Shown here piece after piece: positions 38,201 to 51,563 of a stretch of 64,000 nt of DNA. How positions within the stretch are numbered: position 1 is the first letter of the stretch; every line of letters starts with the position of its first letter. The notes under the pieces were generated by a model, which saw nothing but the letters and a program-made list of their open reading frames with translations, was not told the DNA's origin and did not search any database. Source of the DNA: Octopus bimaculoides (Eukaryota); assembly GCF_001194135.2 (NCBI RefSeq), contig NC_068994.1, positions 58,019,651-58,083,650 on the forward strand, given 5' to 3'. The position numbers and the translations under genes are program-made.

Positions 38201-41200
38201 GAATCACTAACAGAATTTTTTTTTATGTGGTTTGTGTTAATAAAATAACAGTAAAGTATATTTTGTCACAGTTTAAACGAATTATGAGTCAGGATTGAAA
38301 CCTTGATGTCACTACTCAAATATATATTCATTTGTTAGCTCACTAAATTGATTTAATACATACATTATATGAAATACTTAAATTGCTATATAGGTGTGTG
38401 TATATATGTATGCATATATATATATATTCATATATATTCATACCACTGGCTTTCTAGATATAACGACTAACAAACACGATAGATTGCTCACAGCAATTGG
38501 GGTGCTGTACTAGAAAAATATTGGTTAAAGGTGCTTCTTTCACTCCAAAGGGAATTAAAAACACCCATTAAAAATATTGGCTTCTGTACAATTAGTGTTT
38601 CATAATACACCTACAACAACTAACATTTACATTTTACTAAGACATGCATTAATATTTTCTAGACATTGTTGAAAAGTAAATATTACAGTTTGATATCTTA
38701 GTTATATGTGAACTATACAACTATAGCATTCCACTCACAACAGATACATATATATGATATATATACACATATGTATGTTAATGAGTGGCTATACACTGTA
38801 TATGGTGAATATTTCAAATGTAAGATAACGTTATATTTATTCAGCATGAATAGTGTGTATATATATTAAATAAGTAGTCAAATTTGTTGCTAACATGTTT
38901 GTAGACTGAAAATAATGTGAACAATAACGTTGTTTCAATGAAAAAGAACTCAATCGCGTTTTATACTTCTACATCTACGATAGAGTGCGTGTGCATATGT
39001 GTACATACATATATGTACATATATGTTATATAATATATATATATAACATACACACACATTTGAGGCATTTATGTAAAACAATATTAACAGATATATTTAT
39101 ATATATGTATGTAAACATAATTTGAAAGAAAGGTGATATTCTCTGACGGGTATTGAACCATGGGTGTAGAAATGTGTGTATACATATATCTATCTATTTA
39201 CATATATATATATACAAATAGTATATTTAGTAATATTCAAGGGTGCAAGAAAAGGTGTGTTAGTATGAAAACATTATTATTAGTAGTAGCAGAATTTGGT
39301 GGATGTGATTACTATATATATATATATAATGTAGTTTTAATTTAGAATTATATTTTATAGAAAATGCTGTCTTTCTTCCACATGCACACACACTTGTTTA
39401 GGTATGAATTTGGTCAGAATATGTTATGAAAGACATGAAATAGAAGTCAACTTGGAGTGGAAAGTTTGAAAATTTAAAACCAAATTTTTTTTTACAGGCA
39501 AAAAAAACGAAAAATAAAACAGAAATGAAGAGATTACTGACCCTTCGATCCCCTAAAATCAAAAACGAGGAAGAGAAGTCTGTAAATTGTGAAAATTATT
39601 TCAAAATATCAAAAACGATCCATCCATGGGTGAAAAATGTAGAGATTAACCACTCCTCTCACAAAAAAAAAAGTTTTATACAGCTGTCCCCTTCTGTGAT
39701 TCTGAGCCCTGATCTGAATATCCCAGAAATATTTCTGTACCCTGCCTCCCTGAACAAAACCCCATTTTCTATCGACAAAGATCTGCGTCTATTTTTAAAC
39801 TATACACGCTGAGATGGCTCACATGTTAACATTCAGCTTGACTGACAGTACGGCCAAGCTGCAGCAGAAATGCTGGGTCATGTTACAACTGACATAACAG
39901 AGTTGGATCAAACAAACACAATGAATGTGCCAGGACTAATCCATCATTAGGCCCATTGTTTAAACCATACAACTAAACACAAGCTAAATTAACACTTCAA
40001 TACCAATAGCAGTGTTCCTTGAAATAGATTCAGTATTTCACTAAAGCAGATCCAGAGATAAACCCTGGCACCACCACAAACCAAAAAGCATTTTCAAATT
40101 AAGACTGGAAGTCTTCTTCAAATGAATTCCTGAGTGATTGAATATCTTTCACTCTAAAGACTTCGTAAAAAACCTTTTAATTCCTTAATTATCAGTATCA
40201 GAAAATTCTTAATAGAGATGTTTATAACTAAAACAGTGATTGAGTATTTAAGTAAATATTATAAAATATTAATTATTTAAAATATTTATTATTATTATTT
40301 ATTAGAGATGATCTTTTCTAATTCATTTAATGAAAGAAAAGATACCCAGAACCTTTACAGGTTCTGCTAGTTACCTAACATGTGAATCTTATTTCTATCA
40401 GGTTTGCTGTTTAACTGGACATATTGACTTGTTTATAATCAGTGGTATTTAAACCTAATATTATTGTAACCACTGGTGTGGTTTATAATCGTATTTATAG
40501 CTAGTTTGAGACTGAACTACGAAAACAAAAACACTTGGTTATCAGTAATGTCTTTAACCAGTGTTTTAAATATAATTTTATACCTAAAACCAATATAGTT
40601 TATAACAAGTGGATAAATGTAACCAGTGTAATTTATATCTGTAACGAGAGCGTTTACAATTAAAGATGTTTAATTAAACATGGGAAAGTAAAACTAAACA
40701 AGAGGTGTATATAGATGTTTATTGTATATCAACTGTCGCTATTTCATTGTGTAGGTAAGCAATAAGTATTCCAAAAATTTATGACATTGCCCCAGGAAAA
40801 AAGATATTAAAAGAGTTGCTTAAGGCCACATGAAATGTTTGTGAGTAATAGCTGAAGTACTTAACCAGTATAAGATGTTAAAAGTCGGTCCAGGTAACTG
40901 AGAAAGTTCCTCCTGTTATTACCCACTGGTATAATGAACAGTTACTACCTCTAGCCAACTGAATATCTTCGTTGAGCACTTAGAGAGCAAGTGATGTTGA
41001 ACTGGGCATTGGCTGTGTTAGTGGAGTGAAATAGCTGCAACCAGCTGTCAAAACCACTCCTTGTCTTGACATGCCAGGAACTTATTTTCACCATCCAACT
41101 TTACATAGCTTAGCACAACAACAACAACTTGAATTAGCTTTTGGAGTGAAGAGCTAATAATCCCTGTGACTTACTGCAGGCTGTAAAGCTTGATCCCCTG

Positions 41201-41625
41201 CATATTCGATGTTGAGCGGTCCAGGAAAGAGGATCGCTTGACAGATCACAGTAAATAACAGTGGAGTTCCTCTCAACTCCAGAAGAATCAAAGGACAGGA
41301 AGAATGGTAAAAAAAAAGAATAATTTCAGTCTTGAAGTAAACACTGGTCGACCTCTTGGTTGTGTCTCAGTCATTTTCTAACTGTTATTCACACATCTTT
41401 GATGCGGAAAGTGAATTACCCTGGTAAATTGACACAGGGCAACGTATCCAGTGAATCAGTCTACAGAAGCAAAGATTCAACTCACATCATGTTGGTTAGA
41501 ACATGAAACTGTGGCCAGTGAGGCTTCCTCTCATTCTATTTTGATGTTGTGCGGTCCAGGAGATTTATGAGAGAATAACCACACAAAACCACAGTTAACA
41601 AGACATCTAACAATATAATGTGGTC

Positions 41626-41671
<46 letters not shown>

Positions 41672-41680
41672 CGTAGTAGT
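41626..41680. repeat. (TAG)n microsatellite, representative of dozens of (CA)n, (TA)n, (GA)n, (AAT)n, (CAT)n and (CAC)n tracts
   Basis: Directly visible; most N-gaps abut such tracts. Confidence 0.95.
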
Positions 41681-42289
41681 AAAGTTCAACTAAGTTGGTG
41701 GGATGGTCACTGGATACTGTGAAAATGTAATGATTTGCTAAACCATGATCAGAAATTCAGATACAACAATGAGCTGATAATATTTTCCTGTGATTAAGAA
41801 TATTTTTGTCATATTTAATCCTTAAACAGAAATTTACTTAATTTCTCAGGAACACAACCTTTGCATCTATTGAAATTTCATTTTTCTAAAGAGAAGGAAA
41901 GAAATAATAGTTTAACTTCCATTAGCGCTGCTAAAACCTTATTTCATTGGTCTGCGAGGGTGGTGATGGTATTATTTGAGAACACAGCTTTATCTAGCAG
42001 TGCCAGAAGTGGCAACCGAGCTCAGAAAAGAGAGCGAGGCACTGAAGTCATATAACCTCTCATGGCTTTTTAACCATTCTTAACATAGAAACCCATAACA
42101 AACAATCTACTAATGGGGTTAATTCCTGAAAGATATTTTGCAAAACAAAATACAAAAGCATTTTTACCACTTCCAACCCCTGAGCATATGTTTTTCCAGA
42201 GTTCCTTACACTATCGGTAGCTATATATAAATGTATATACATATATATATATATATATATAGATATATAATCATGGTATCACAGTATTG

Positions 42290-42580
42290 ACCAGGCTATC
42301 AGACGTTATTCATCGCTGGTCACAATGCGCTTTGCATCGTTTTAGCTTTCGAATGATGTCATCCCTGCTGGCCTAGGCAAGCAGGTCAACACATTGCCCC
42401 TGATTGGAAGGCTATTCCGCCACAGGGTGGTCACCCATTTACAGCTGAGTGGACTGGAGCAACGTGAAATGAAGTGTTTTGCTCAAGAACACAACGCGCC
42501 GCCTGGTCCAGGAATTGAAACCATGATCTTACGATCATGGGTGAAACATCCTAACCACCAGGCCACGTGCCTTCACACGC
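42290..42580 (-). mobile_element. tRNA-derived SINE, reverse orientation (related copy about 26500-26690)
   Basis: Reverse complement has tRNA head then gtgttcttgagcaaaacacttc...ccagtccactcagctg, a central motif of widespread metazoan SINE superfamilies. Confidence 0.7.
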
Positions 42581-44188
42581 TGCCTTGGATATTTGGATGT
42601 ATGTCTAAAGATGGAATAAAAAAAAGTTAAAGGCTGAAGTCGACAGTGTATATTATGTAAGAGGAGTGGTATTGATGCAGAGGTCTTGAGATCAGGACAC
42701 TGAACCGAGACCTGTTTGATGTTTAGGACAATGGACGGACGGCACAGCAGGTTTTACAATCAAACATTGGGTTTTGTTATTGCTTTCTGTCAAAGACCTG
42801 TGTCAGTATGTATGTGTACAGGGGTGTGTCTGTGTGTCTGTGAGTTGGAAGACATATTTGGAGAACTTTGATGAGGCAACAAGAGCAGTGACTTCTACCA
42901 TTGCATCCGTCCTCTAGTCTGCGATCAGGATGGAATTGTTGAAGTGCTGGACGTGAGCATTCTCTGACAACATGTGACTCCTCAGTGAGAGGGGATATGA
43001 CCGGGTCTCAGTGAGGCTTCATTAGTTAACAGGGAAGTGGCTCAGGCACATACATACACCCATAGCATTCTCTCTCTCTCATTCGTCTTCTGTTTCCAAA
43101 TGAGCATGTGTGTATATACATACATACAGACAAAACAGTGGATATCACATGCAGGTGTATGTGTGTTTCAATGTATGTGTGTGCTATGTGAAGAATGACT
43201 TCGGGTTATCACGTAAGTGCTGCATCATTGATCAAGAATTTCAAAATTTTCACTTTTTTTTTTACGCATCTGACATTTGCTCAGATTTGCTGAGAGACCT
43301 GACAGTAGTTGAGAGACTTGGCAATAGGCAAGAAATTCAAAACTATGAGAGACTCGCCAGTTGCCAAGAAACTCAACGGTTGTCAAGAAAGGAGAGACTT
43401 CCCTTACCATAGCAAGGGGGGGGGTCTCTCACCACATGGGAAGCAATGCTAAATACATGTTAACCCAAAAGTAAAGAAACATTCTTCGACACCAAACACA
43501 GTTTTCTAGGTGTTCCATAACAATGGCTGCAGACAGGCTTCCACAATACACCTTTTGTATTCGCATCCCGCTCTACCTTCCACAGGTCAAAAATTCCGAG
43601 AAGGTAAAGACGGCAGGCTGATACTTGTTAAATTCTGCCCAGTTGCCCCGCCTATGCTCACTTATGTGTGTGTGTGTGTGTATGTGTGGTGAAAGTTGAC
43701 CATATACACAAACCAAAAGAGTATATGTAAGAGGTAGATAAGGCATCGAAGAATCATAATGTTTGTTGATGGTTTCCTTGATAATAAAAATCAGCCAAGA
43801 GAAAGTAAATCCAAAATGGCATCTAATAACTCAACGCCATTGTTAACAATTTGAGTAGCTTCTGGTTGAATCTCTGCCTTGTGTATGCAGGAGTGTTTGT
43901 AAGTATGTGTGAGTATGTGAATGTATGTCGCTGGGAGCAAAAGTGTTTGTATGTATAACAGTGAGGATGTATATGGGTATGTGGCAGTGTAATAACATAT
44001 ATGTGTGTATATATGTATGTATGTATGTGTGTGTGTGTGTGTGCGTGTGTACTTCAGTATATAAAGGTGTGGATGTGTGTGTGTATGGCAGTGTAATGGT
44101 ATGTATATATGTGTATGATTTCAAGCAGTAATTTTCAAATTAAATGCAAAAAAATTGTTAAATACAACAGAAAACCAAGCAAAAAAAA

Positions 44189-44231
<43 letters not shown>

Positions 44232-45555
44232 AACAAAGAAAAGAAACAAAACAAAAAAACCCAGCAGTATAGTAGGGGGTAGGTGGGGGTGGGTGTACAA
44301 GAGTACCCATTGTTTGCAGTACGTTGGTCATTACTGACTAAGTGGCACATCAAGGTAATGGCACTTAGAGACAGATCTATCTTACAAGTGAGTAGTGTCA
44401 ACTCCGAGTGTAGAGGACCTAGTAACAATAATACAGAGTCTTCATTACCACCAAATTGTCTATATATATATATTTATATATATATATATAAAACTTTGCA
44501 CTTCACACCTGAGTGACAACTACTTCATTCTACTCAACCCCATCCTCCTCTTCCTCCCCCCCAAAACACCTTTGCTCTCCAAACACCAACACACTACCAA
44601 GTTGATATACTTCTTTAGAATTTATGTGAACATATCATCATAATCATCATCATCATCATCCTCATCGTTATTATTATTATTATTATTATTATTGTTGTAC
44701 AAAGAGTATTTCAGGCAAATGTTTATATATATTTTTTTAAAAATTTTTGTAAGTTTTTTTGTTTCCTCAATCAGTTTACAAGAGGAAACTTTAAAACTAT
44801 GAAATCAAAAAAANNNNNNNNNNNNNNNNNNNNNNNNNNNNNNNNNNNNNNNNNNNNNNNNNNNNNNNNNNNNNNNNNNNNNNNNNNNNNNNNNNNNNNN
44901 NNNNNNNNNNNNNNNNNNNNNNNNNNNNNNNNNNNNNNNNNNNNNNNNNNNNNNNNNNNNNNNNNNNNNNNNNNNNNNNNNNNNNNNNNNNNNNNNNNNN
45001 NNNNNNNNNNNNNNNNNNNNNNNNNNNNNNNNNNNNNNNNNNNNNNNNNNNNNNNNNNNNNNNNNNNNNNNNNNNNNNNNNNNNNNNNNNNNNNNNNNNN
45101 NNNNNNNNNNNNNNNNNNNNNNNNNNNNNNNNNNNNNNNNNNNNNNNNNNNNNNNNNNNNNNNNNNNNNNNNNNNNNNNNNNNNNNNNNNNNNNNNNNNN
45201 NNNNNNNNNNNNNNNNNNNNNNNNNNNNNNNNNNNNNNNNNNNNNNNNNNNNNNNNNNNNNNNNNNNNNNNNNNNNNNNNNNNNNNNNNNNNNNNNNNNN
45301 NNNNNNNNNNNNNNNNNNNNNNNNNNNNNNNNNNNNNNNNNNNNNNNNNNNNNNNNNNNNNNNNNNNNNNNNNNNNNNNNNNNNNNNNNNNNNNNNNNNN
45401 NNNNNNNNNNNNNNNNNNNNNNNNNNNNNNNNNNNNNNNNNNNNNNNNNNNNNNNNNNNNNNNNNNNNNNNNNNNNNNNNNNNNNNNNNNNNNNNNNNNN
45501 NNNNNNNNNNNNNNNNNNNNNNNNNNNNNNNNNNNNNNNNNNNNNTAAATATGTA

Positions 45556-45598
<43 letters not shown>

Positions 45599-46567
45599 GT
45601 ATCAGCAATGCAGAGGGCAACCATGTAAATGAACTGGTTATAACTGCTTAGTAAGATAACCTCCACACCCACTGCATCGAGTGTGTGTGTACATACATAT
45701 GGAAGTACGCATGTACCCACACACACTCACGCACATCAGTTAGATCCAAATTCACCACCTACTATCTAAAATAGGTAGAAATAATCAATATTAGATCGAG
45801 ATCCTACCCAGCTCCCTAGCCAGGGGGTCTTTCATACTACACACAAACCATGGTCTAGTCATTGATTTAATATCAGAGATTGTATATATATATATATATA
45901 TTTTATATACCTGCCAATGCATAAATACTACAAAATTATGTCAACTATATGAAATGGATATAAAAATCCAGAAATAAACAGAAACTTTGCAAATGTTAGT
46001 AAACTTTACAGGTTTATGAAAATTCTACAAATATTTGTAAATTCTACAAAACAGAATTTTCTTGAAATACTTTTAAGAAAATTGTATTTTTTATTTTTTT
46101 TTATTTTCCATTACAAAATTTTCAACAATAAAATTTACTGCATTTGTTGTTGTAATAAAAGTTATTAAAAGAGTTTATGGTATTAGCAACAAACTGTACA
46201 GAACATATTCTGTAAATAGCAGAAGACCTAAGAGGCCCCCCCACCCCATCCAACCCATTTACAGGAGTTTAGTTTTACACACATACACACACACACACAC
46301 ACATGTATGTACATGTGTATGAGCAGTAAGTGTCCAGTTTAATAATTTAAATACACACAGATGTATTTTAGTAATTCGGTTAAACTTTATTATTAGAATA
46401 GAAATTTGTACTTAACTCCAGTTTTTCATGATATGAAATACAAACGTGACAAGTGGCAGGAATCATAACCAAAGTCCATGTGAATAGCATCTGTGGCGCT
46501 AAGCAAAGTCTTTCACAAACGCATGGCATTCATTGTACTGTGACAAATATTTAATAATACAAGTCGA

Positions 46568-46601
<34 letters not shown>

Positions 46602-46810
46602 TTGTGTGAGTGTGTGGCTAGCTAGACACAATAATAGACTGTTATGAAGTGACAGAGAGATTAACATAAAGTGAGGGCTGTGAAGGGAGAACATTGAGCT
46701 CTCACCACCAGTCCCCCACCTCAAATTCCTTCTCCACCCCACCCCACNNNNNNNNNNGCAGCAGTCAATTAACACAAAGTGGATTTTTTCTGGAACAAAC
46801 TTTAATATTA

Positions 46811-46843
<33 letters not shown>

Positions 46844-47447
46844 TATATTATACATAAATATATATAATAATATATATATTATATATAAATATATAATATA
46901 ATAATAATATATATATATATATATTATATACTATTATATATATGAGATGCATCTTACACAGATTTGGCACTAACATTAATTTCTATTATTATTATTACTT
47001 ATTTATTTCCAACCACCCATCCACCCTTTTCCTCCACCTCATTAACACAGGTGTGGCTTACCACACATCGTATCATCTACTCGTTCGACCAACTGTGTTC
47101 TGTAATGATTTCTGCGAGGCGTTGCTGCTCTGGCGACTCACCTGAAAAGCAGAATGATAACAACAATAACAACAACAACAACAACGGTTTCTGGCAGAGG
47201 GCTAAAGCTATAATTTTGAGGGGAGGGGCCACTAATAAATATCACCGACTCCCAGTACTTGACAGGCATTTTATTTTATCGATCTCAGACAGATTAAAAG
47301 GCAAAGTAAACCTTGGTGGAATTTGAACTCAGAACATAGCAATTGGAGAAATACCGCTAAGCATTTCGTCTGGCGTGCTAATGATTCTCCCAGCTTCCTG
47401 CCTTAGTAATAATGAAACTAATAGCAATAAACAATAAAGAGAAATGG

Positions 47448-47485
<38 letters not shown>

Positions 47486-48201
47486 TCTTTTAGCATTGGA
47501 ACAAAGTCATAAGAAGTTAACATTTAATGTAGTCCTGCAGAATTCTTATTTCTGTATTGCCCACAAGGGGCTAAACATAGAGGGGACAAACAAAGACAGA
47601 CAAAGGGATTAAGTCGATTATATTGACCCCAGTGCGTAACTGGTACTTAATTTATCGACCTTGAAAGGACGAAAGGCAAAGTCAACCTCGGCGGAATTTG
47701 AACTCAGAACCTAGCGGCAGACGAAATACCGCTAAGCATTTTGTCCGGCGTGCTAACGTTTCTGGCAGCTTGACGCCTTAATTCTGGTAAGTCTGTCTGC
47801 TGTGTAATTCATTAGATTTAATGGAGTGAAAGGTAAATAGACCATGAAAGGAACAACAGGTTGTAGAATGGATGATAGAGGGACACAATAGATCCTACAG
47901 TGAAAGGGTTCTCAACCAACAAGGCATGGATCATTTGGCATCAGACTACACAAAAAGAATTTTAAAATTCTATTTTCGTGACCCTCACCGTCTGCAGAGT
48001 GTTTCTGCATTCTATACGTATCACATATGTAATATATCTGGCATTATGTCTGTAATAATTAAATTATAAATCATGTACTTTATTGTGTTTTGCTGTGTGA
48101 ATCATCCTCCACCCACAATGATGCGATAAACGGTCAAGGGCTGCTGCTGTAGTGGACGGAGAGGCAAGAAAAATAGTCTTAAAGTGGATTGTTAAACTTA
48201 C

Positions 48202-48276
48202 TGGTTTTGACCGAGAACCTTTCGTTGGAACTTCTTCCACAAAACTTGCAGGGACAAGCCCTTGGTTACCATTTAA
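48202..48276 (-). CDS. RIMS-binding-protein-like gene, C-part of SH3 domain 2
   Basis: tttcag|TTA...CCA|gtaagt, 75 nt; LNGNQGLVPASFVEEVPTKGSRSKP. Either spliced to an unlocated last exon or read through to the stop at 48064-48066. Confidence 0.88.
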
Positions 48277-48380
48277 CTGAAAGTTAGAGAATTTTTTATG
48301 AAGTACGTGCCCATATATGTACATGTTTGCACACACACACACACATAGACAAAGAGATACTTATACATAAATGTAGGTAA

Positions 48381-48467
<87 letters not shown>

Positions 48468-48566
48468 CATACATATATATATTTATTTACATACATATAT
48501 ATATTTATTTACAATACACACACATACACACAAAGGCAAACAGGTGAGATAATAATTTCTAGTTAC

Positions 48567-48701
48567 CTCAGCCCAGAAAAATCCATCTGACCTCTGGTTC
48601 CCAAAGACTGTGATAAGGTCACCTGCGTTAAACCGTAATTCAGATTCTGCGTAGTCGTGTGGAGACTGCATCGATGGGTTGTAGTCATAGATTGCAACAA
48701 A
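48567..48701 (-). CDS. RIMS-binding-protein-like gene, N-part of SH3 domain 2
   Basis: ttgcag|TTT...GAG|gtaact, 135 nt, phase 0->0; [45 protein letters not shown], with the extended RT loop typical of RIMBP SH3 domains. Confidence 0.93.
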
Positions 48702-49374
48702 CTGCAATTAAAAGTACACCTGCACTTACTGACATTCAAGGCATTTGGGTGGATTGCACTGGAAGAATTGTACGAGAGATGATAATAGATGATAACTGGT
48801 GAAAATATGTAGCTTAGTGGTCAGGGCACTCGGCTCATAATCATGAGGTCATGAGTTCAATTCTTGGTGGCATGTTGTGTCCTTGAGCAAGATATTTTAT
48901 TTCATGTTGCTTCACCTAGTAAAAATGAGCTGTACCTGTATTTCAAAAGGGGCCAACTTGTCATATTCTGTCATGCTGAATTTCCCTGAGAACTACATTA
49001 AGGGTACATGTGTCTGTGGAGTACTCAGCCGCTTGCACATTAATTCATGAGCAGGTTGCTCTATTGATTGTGTGACTGAACCAAAGATCTCATGATTGTG
49101 AAGCAAACCTCTTAACTACTGGGCTACACTTGTAAATACCATTCAGCAAGGAATGAATATCACAACCCATACCCTTGTCATTTTCTTGATGAAAGGCAGA
49201 AATAAATCCCAATACAAAATGACTTAAATACAAAATAAAGAGAGGTTAATTTATATGATGTTTGGGGCAGCAAGTTACCATCTGTGCCTCTCTCAGCTAA
49301 CATAATTAAAACAACAGAACAAAAAACAGAAAAGAATCAGAAAACAAAACAACAGAACAAAAACCAGAACTTAC

Positions 49375-49635
49375 CGTTCTCTGTGGTCCCGAATTACCAA
49401 GGGGACTAGGAAGGATCTCTGAAAAATCTGTGTCCGACTCAGTGCTTTTATCGCCAGCATCAAGCCATCGCTCCAAACCTTCAAAGACAACCTCTGCTGA
49501 GGGTGACATCTGACCATTGGCAGCAACTGACTGGATGGCAAAGTACTGTGGACGAGACAGATCTAGGTTCTCCACCACAGCTTTAGCAAGGTGTGCACTT
49601 CCTGGTTGCTGGCACAGTCGACCATTCAGAAATAT
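49375..49635 (-). CDS. RIMS-binding-protein-like gene, C-half of FN3 domain plus linker
   Basis: ctgcag|ATA...ACG|gtaagt, 261 nt, phase 0->0; IFLNGRLCQQPGSAHLAKAVVENLDLSRPQYFAIQSVAANGQMSPSAEVVFEG... Confidence 0.88.
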
Positions 49636-50303
49636 CTGCAGAGATTAACAAACAAATAAAATCGAGGAAAGGTATTCTAACCCTTCGACATTCAGATTCC
49701 TCTCTCAAATGTAATCCTTATTTATTCACATAATTTTGAATTAATTATTCTTTATTTTGTAGCTTTGAGATTTCGATGATCTGATTGCTTATTTTCAGAA
49801 CGACATAGTAGGATAGGAATGAGAGCATAAAATAAGAAGGATATCTGGGCCGGACAGGGCCGGTTTAAATGCTAAAGAGATAAATACAAAGGAAGATGTT
49901 TTGGTTTATGTCTTTTCATTTGCTTCAATTTAATTTGATTTATGGTTCTTGAAGAGATGAACTCTCGTCTAAAATATTAATTAAGATGGTTGATGATGGT
50001 TGATTGATGGCTTAAAACTAACAATCATATCAGTATTGATCCAGTAAATCTAGGATCAAAGGGATTCCATCCATGACGATCCCCACTGCTTTGTATATCA
50101 AGGGCTATGTCATCCAATGCGTTCTTCCTTTTTAAGGAGAGAATAGAGTATGAAGAAGACTCAGCTGTTATTTCTAGCAGACCACCCAACAGTAGCACGT
50201 AGTAAGTGAAATATTTATCTACCTTGCCTTGTCTTGCCAGCAGGAGTTTCTCAGACTCAGTGATCATATATCATCATCATAATTGTTTAACGTCCGCTTA
50301 CAG

Positions 50304-50338
<35 letters not shown>

Positions 50339-50498
50339 ATGGGATTCTTTCAGTTTCCGTCTACCAAATCCACTCACAAGGCTTTGGTCAGCCCAAGACT
50401 ATAGTAGAAGACACTTGCCCAAGGTGCCATGCAGTGGGACGGAACCCAGAACTATGTGGTTGGGAAACAAACTTTTTACCACACAACCATTCCTGTGC

Positions 50499-50553
<55 letters not shown>

Positions 50554-50655
50554 CTAAGCTCAACAACAGACAGTAATATTTAGTGTGTGTATGAGTGCTT
50601 ATATGACAACACACACACATACACAAATAGATATTTAAGAGCAACATGCACTTAC

Positions 50656-50786
50656 CCGGTAGCCAATAAGCTGCATACCATTATTCTGGTCGAGCTCATC
50701 CATCATTGGTGGGTGCCAACTTAGAAGAACACTGTTATCTCCAACTATTCTTTCGAGATGGAAGGTGGACGGTGCTTCAGGCAATC
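50656..50786 (-). CDS. RIMS-binding-protein-like gene, N-half of FN3 domain
   Basis: cccag|GA TTG...CGG|gtaagt, 131 nt, phase 1->0; GLPEAPSTFHLERIVGDNSVLLSWHPPMMDELDQNNGMQLIGYR (FN3 P..P...L.W.PP...GY). Not in the ORF track. Confidence 0.88.
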
Positions 50787-51098
50787 CTGGGTGTGCAATG
50801 AGAAGGAGAGAGAGAGAGAGAGATAGAGAGGTGAATGGTGGCTACATGACAGTTGAAACTGTAGAACACAGGAAAGCAGAATGATCCTTTCTTCTATTTT
50901 CTGTGGAAATATCATATTCAAACACGTGGAATAGGAGAGAGAGAAAAGGAGAGGAGAATGATAAAGAAAAGAGAGTGAAAAGGAGAGAGGAGAGAAGGAG
51001 AGAGGAGAGAAGGAGAGAGGAGAGAGAAAGAGGGAGAGAGTGCCAAAGAGAAAAAGAAAGATAGAGAGGGATATATATATATATATATATATATAGAT

Positions 51099-51377
51099 NN
51101 NNNNNNNNNNNNNNNNNNNNNNNNNNNNNNNNNNNNNNNNNNNNNNNNNNNNNNNNNNNNNNNNNNNNNNNNNNNNNNNNNNNNNNNNNNNNNNNNNNNN
51201 NNNNNNNNNNNNNNNNNNNNNNNNNNNNNNNNNNNNNNNNNNNNNNNNNNNNNNNNNNNNNNNNNNNNNNNNNNNNNNNNNNNNNNNNNNNNNNNNNNNN
51301 NNNNNNNNNNNNNNNNNNNNNNNNNNNNNNNNNNNNNNNNNNNNNNNNNNNNNNNNNNNNNNNNNNNNNNNNNNNNN
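51099..51377. other. Assembly gap interrupting the RIMBP-like gene (other gaps include 4062-4821, 6882-7253, 8280-8904, 10417-10820, 44814-45544)
   Basis: Runs of N. Confidence 0.99.
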
Positions 51378-51563
51378 GAGTGTGCGAGATATGTCCACCG
51401 CCGCCGCCACCACCGCCACTGTGTCTCTTCACAAACTGTGAAGTTGGGGATGTGGTGGTAGCAGCGGAAACAGCAGTATGTGGCGGAGTACTACTGACAC
51501 CGTTGTTCCATCTGCCGTTTTCGGGCGGGAGATATTGGTTACCAGTCAGGTTTGGAATGGATG
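51378..51563 (-). CDS. RIMS-binding-protein-like gene, Ser/Thr/Gly-rich linker exon (3' end lost in N-gap)
   Basis: pyrimidine tract tcacag|CA TCC, phase 1, the only open frame: SIPNLTGNQYLPPENGRWNNGVSSTPPHTAVSAATTTSPTSQFVKRHSGGGGGGGGHISHT; runs into gap 51099-51377. Confidence 0.6.

Noticed and set aside
39498-39812. 95-105 aa ORF after a T-rich acceptor
   Set aside because: Its flank (ttttttgcctgtaaa..ttttggttt on the minus strand) matches a pogo/Tigger-like end at about 29310-29365; no homology and no phase-compatible upstream exon.
41215-41250. Faint resemblance to an 18S rRNA segment (ggtccag...ggat...tgacagat)
   Set aside because: Only short gapped words match; no further rRNA similarity.
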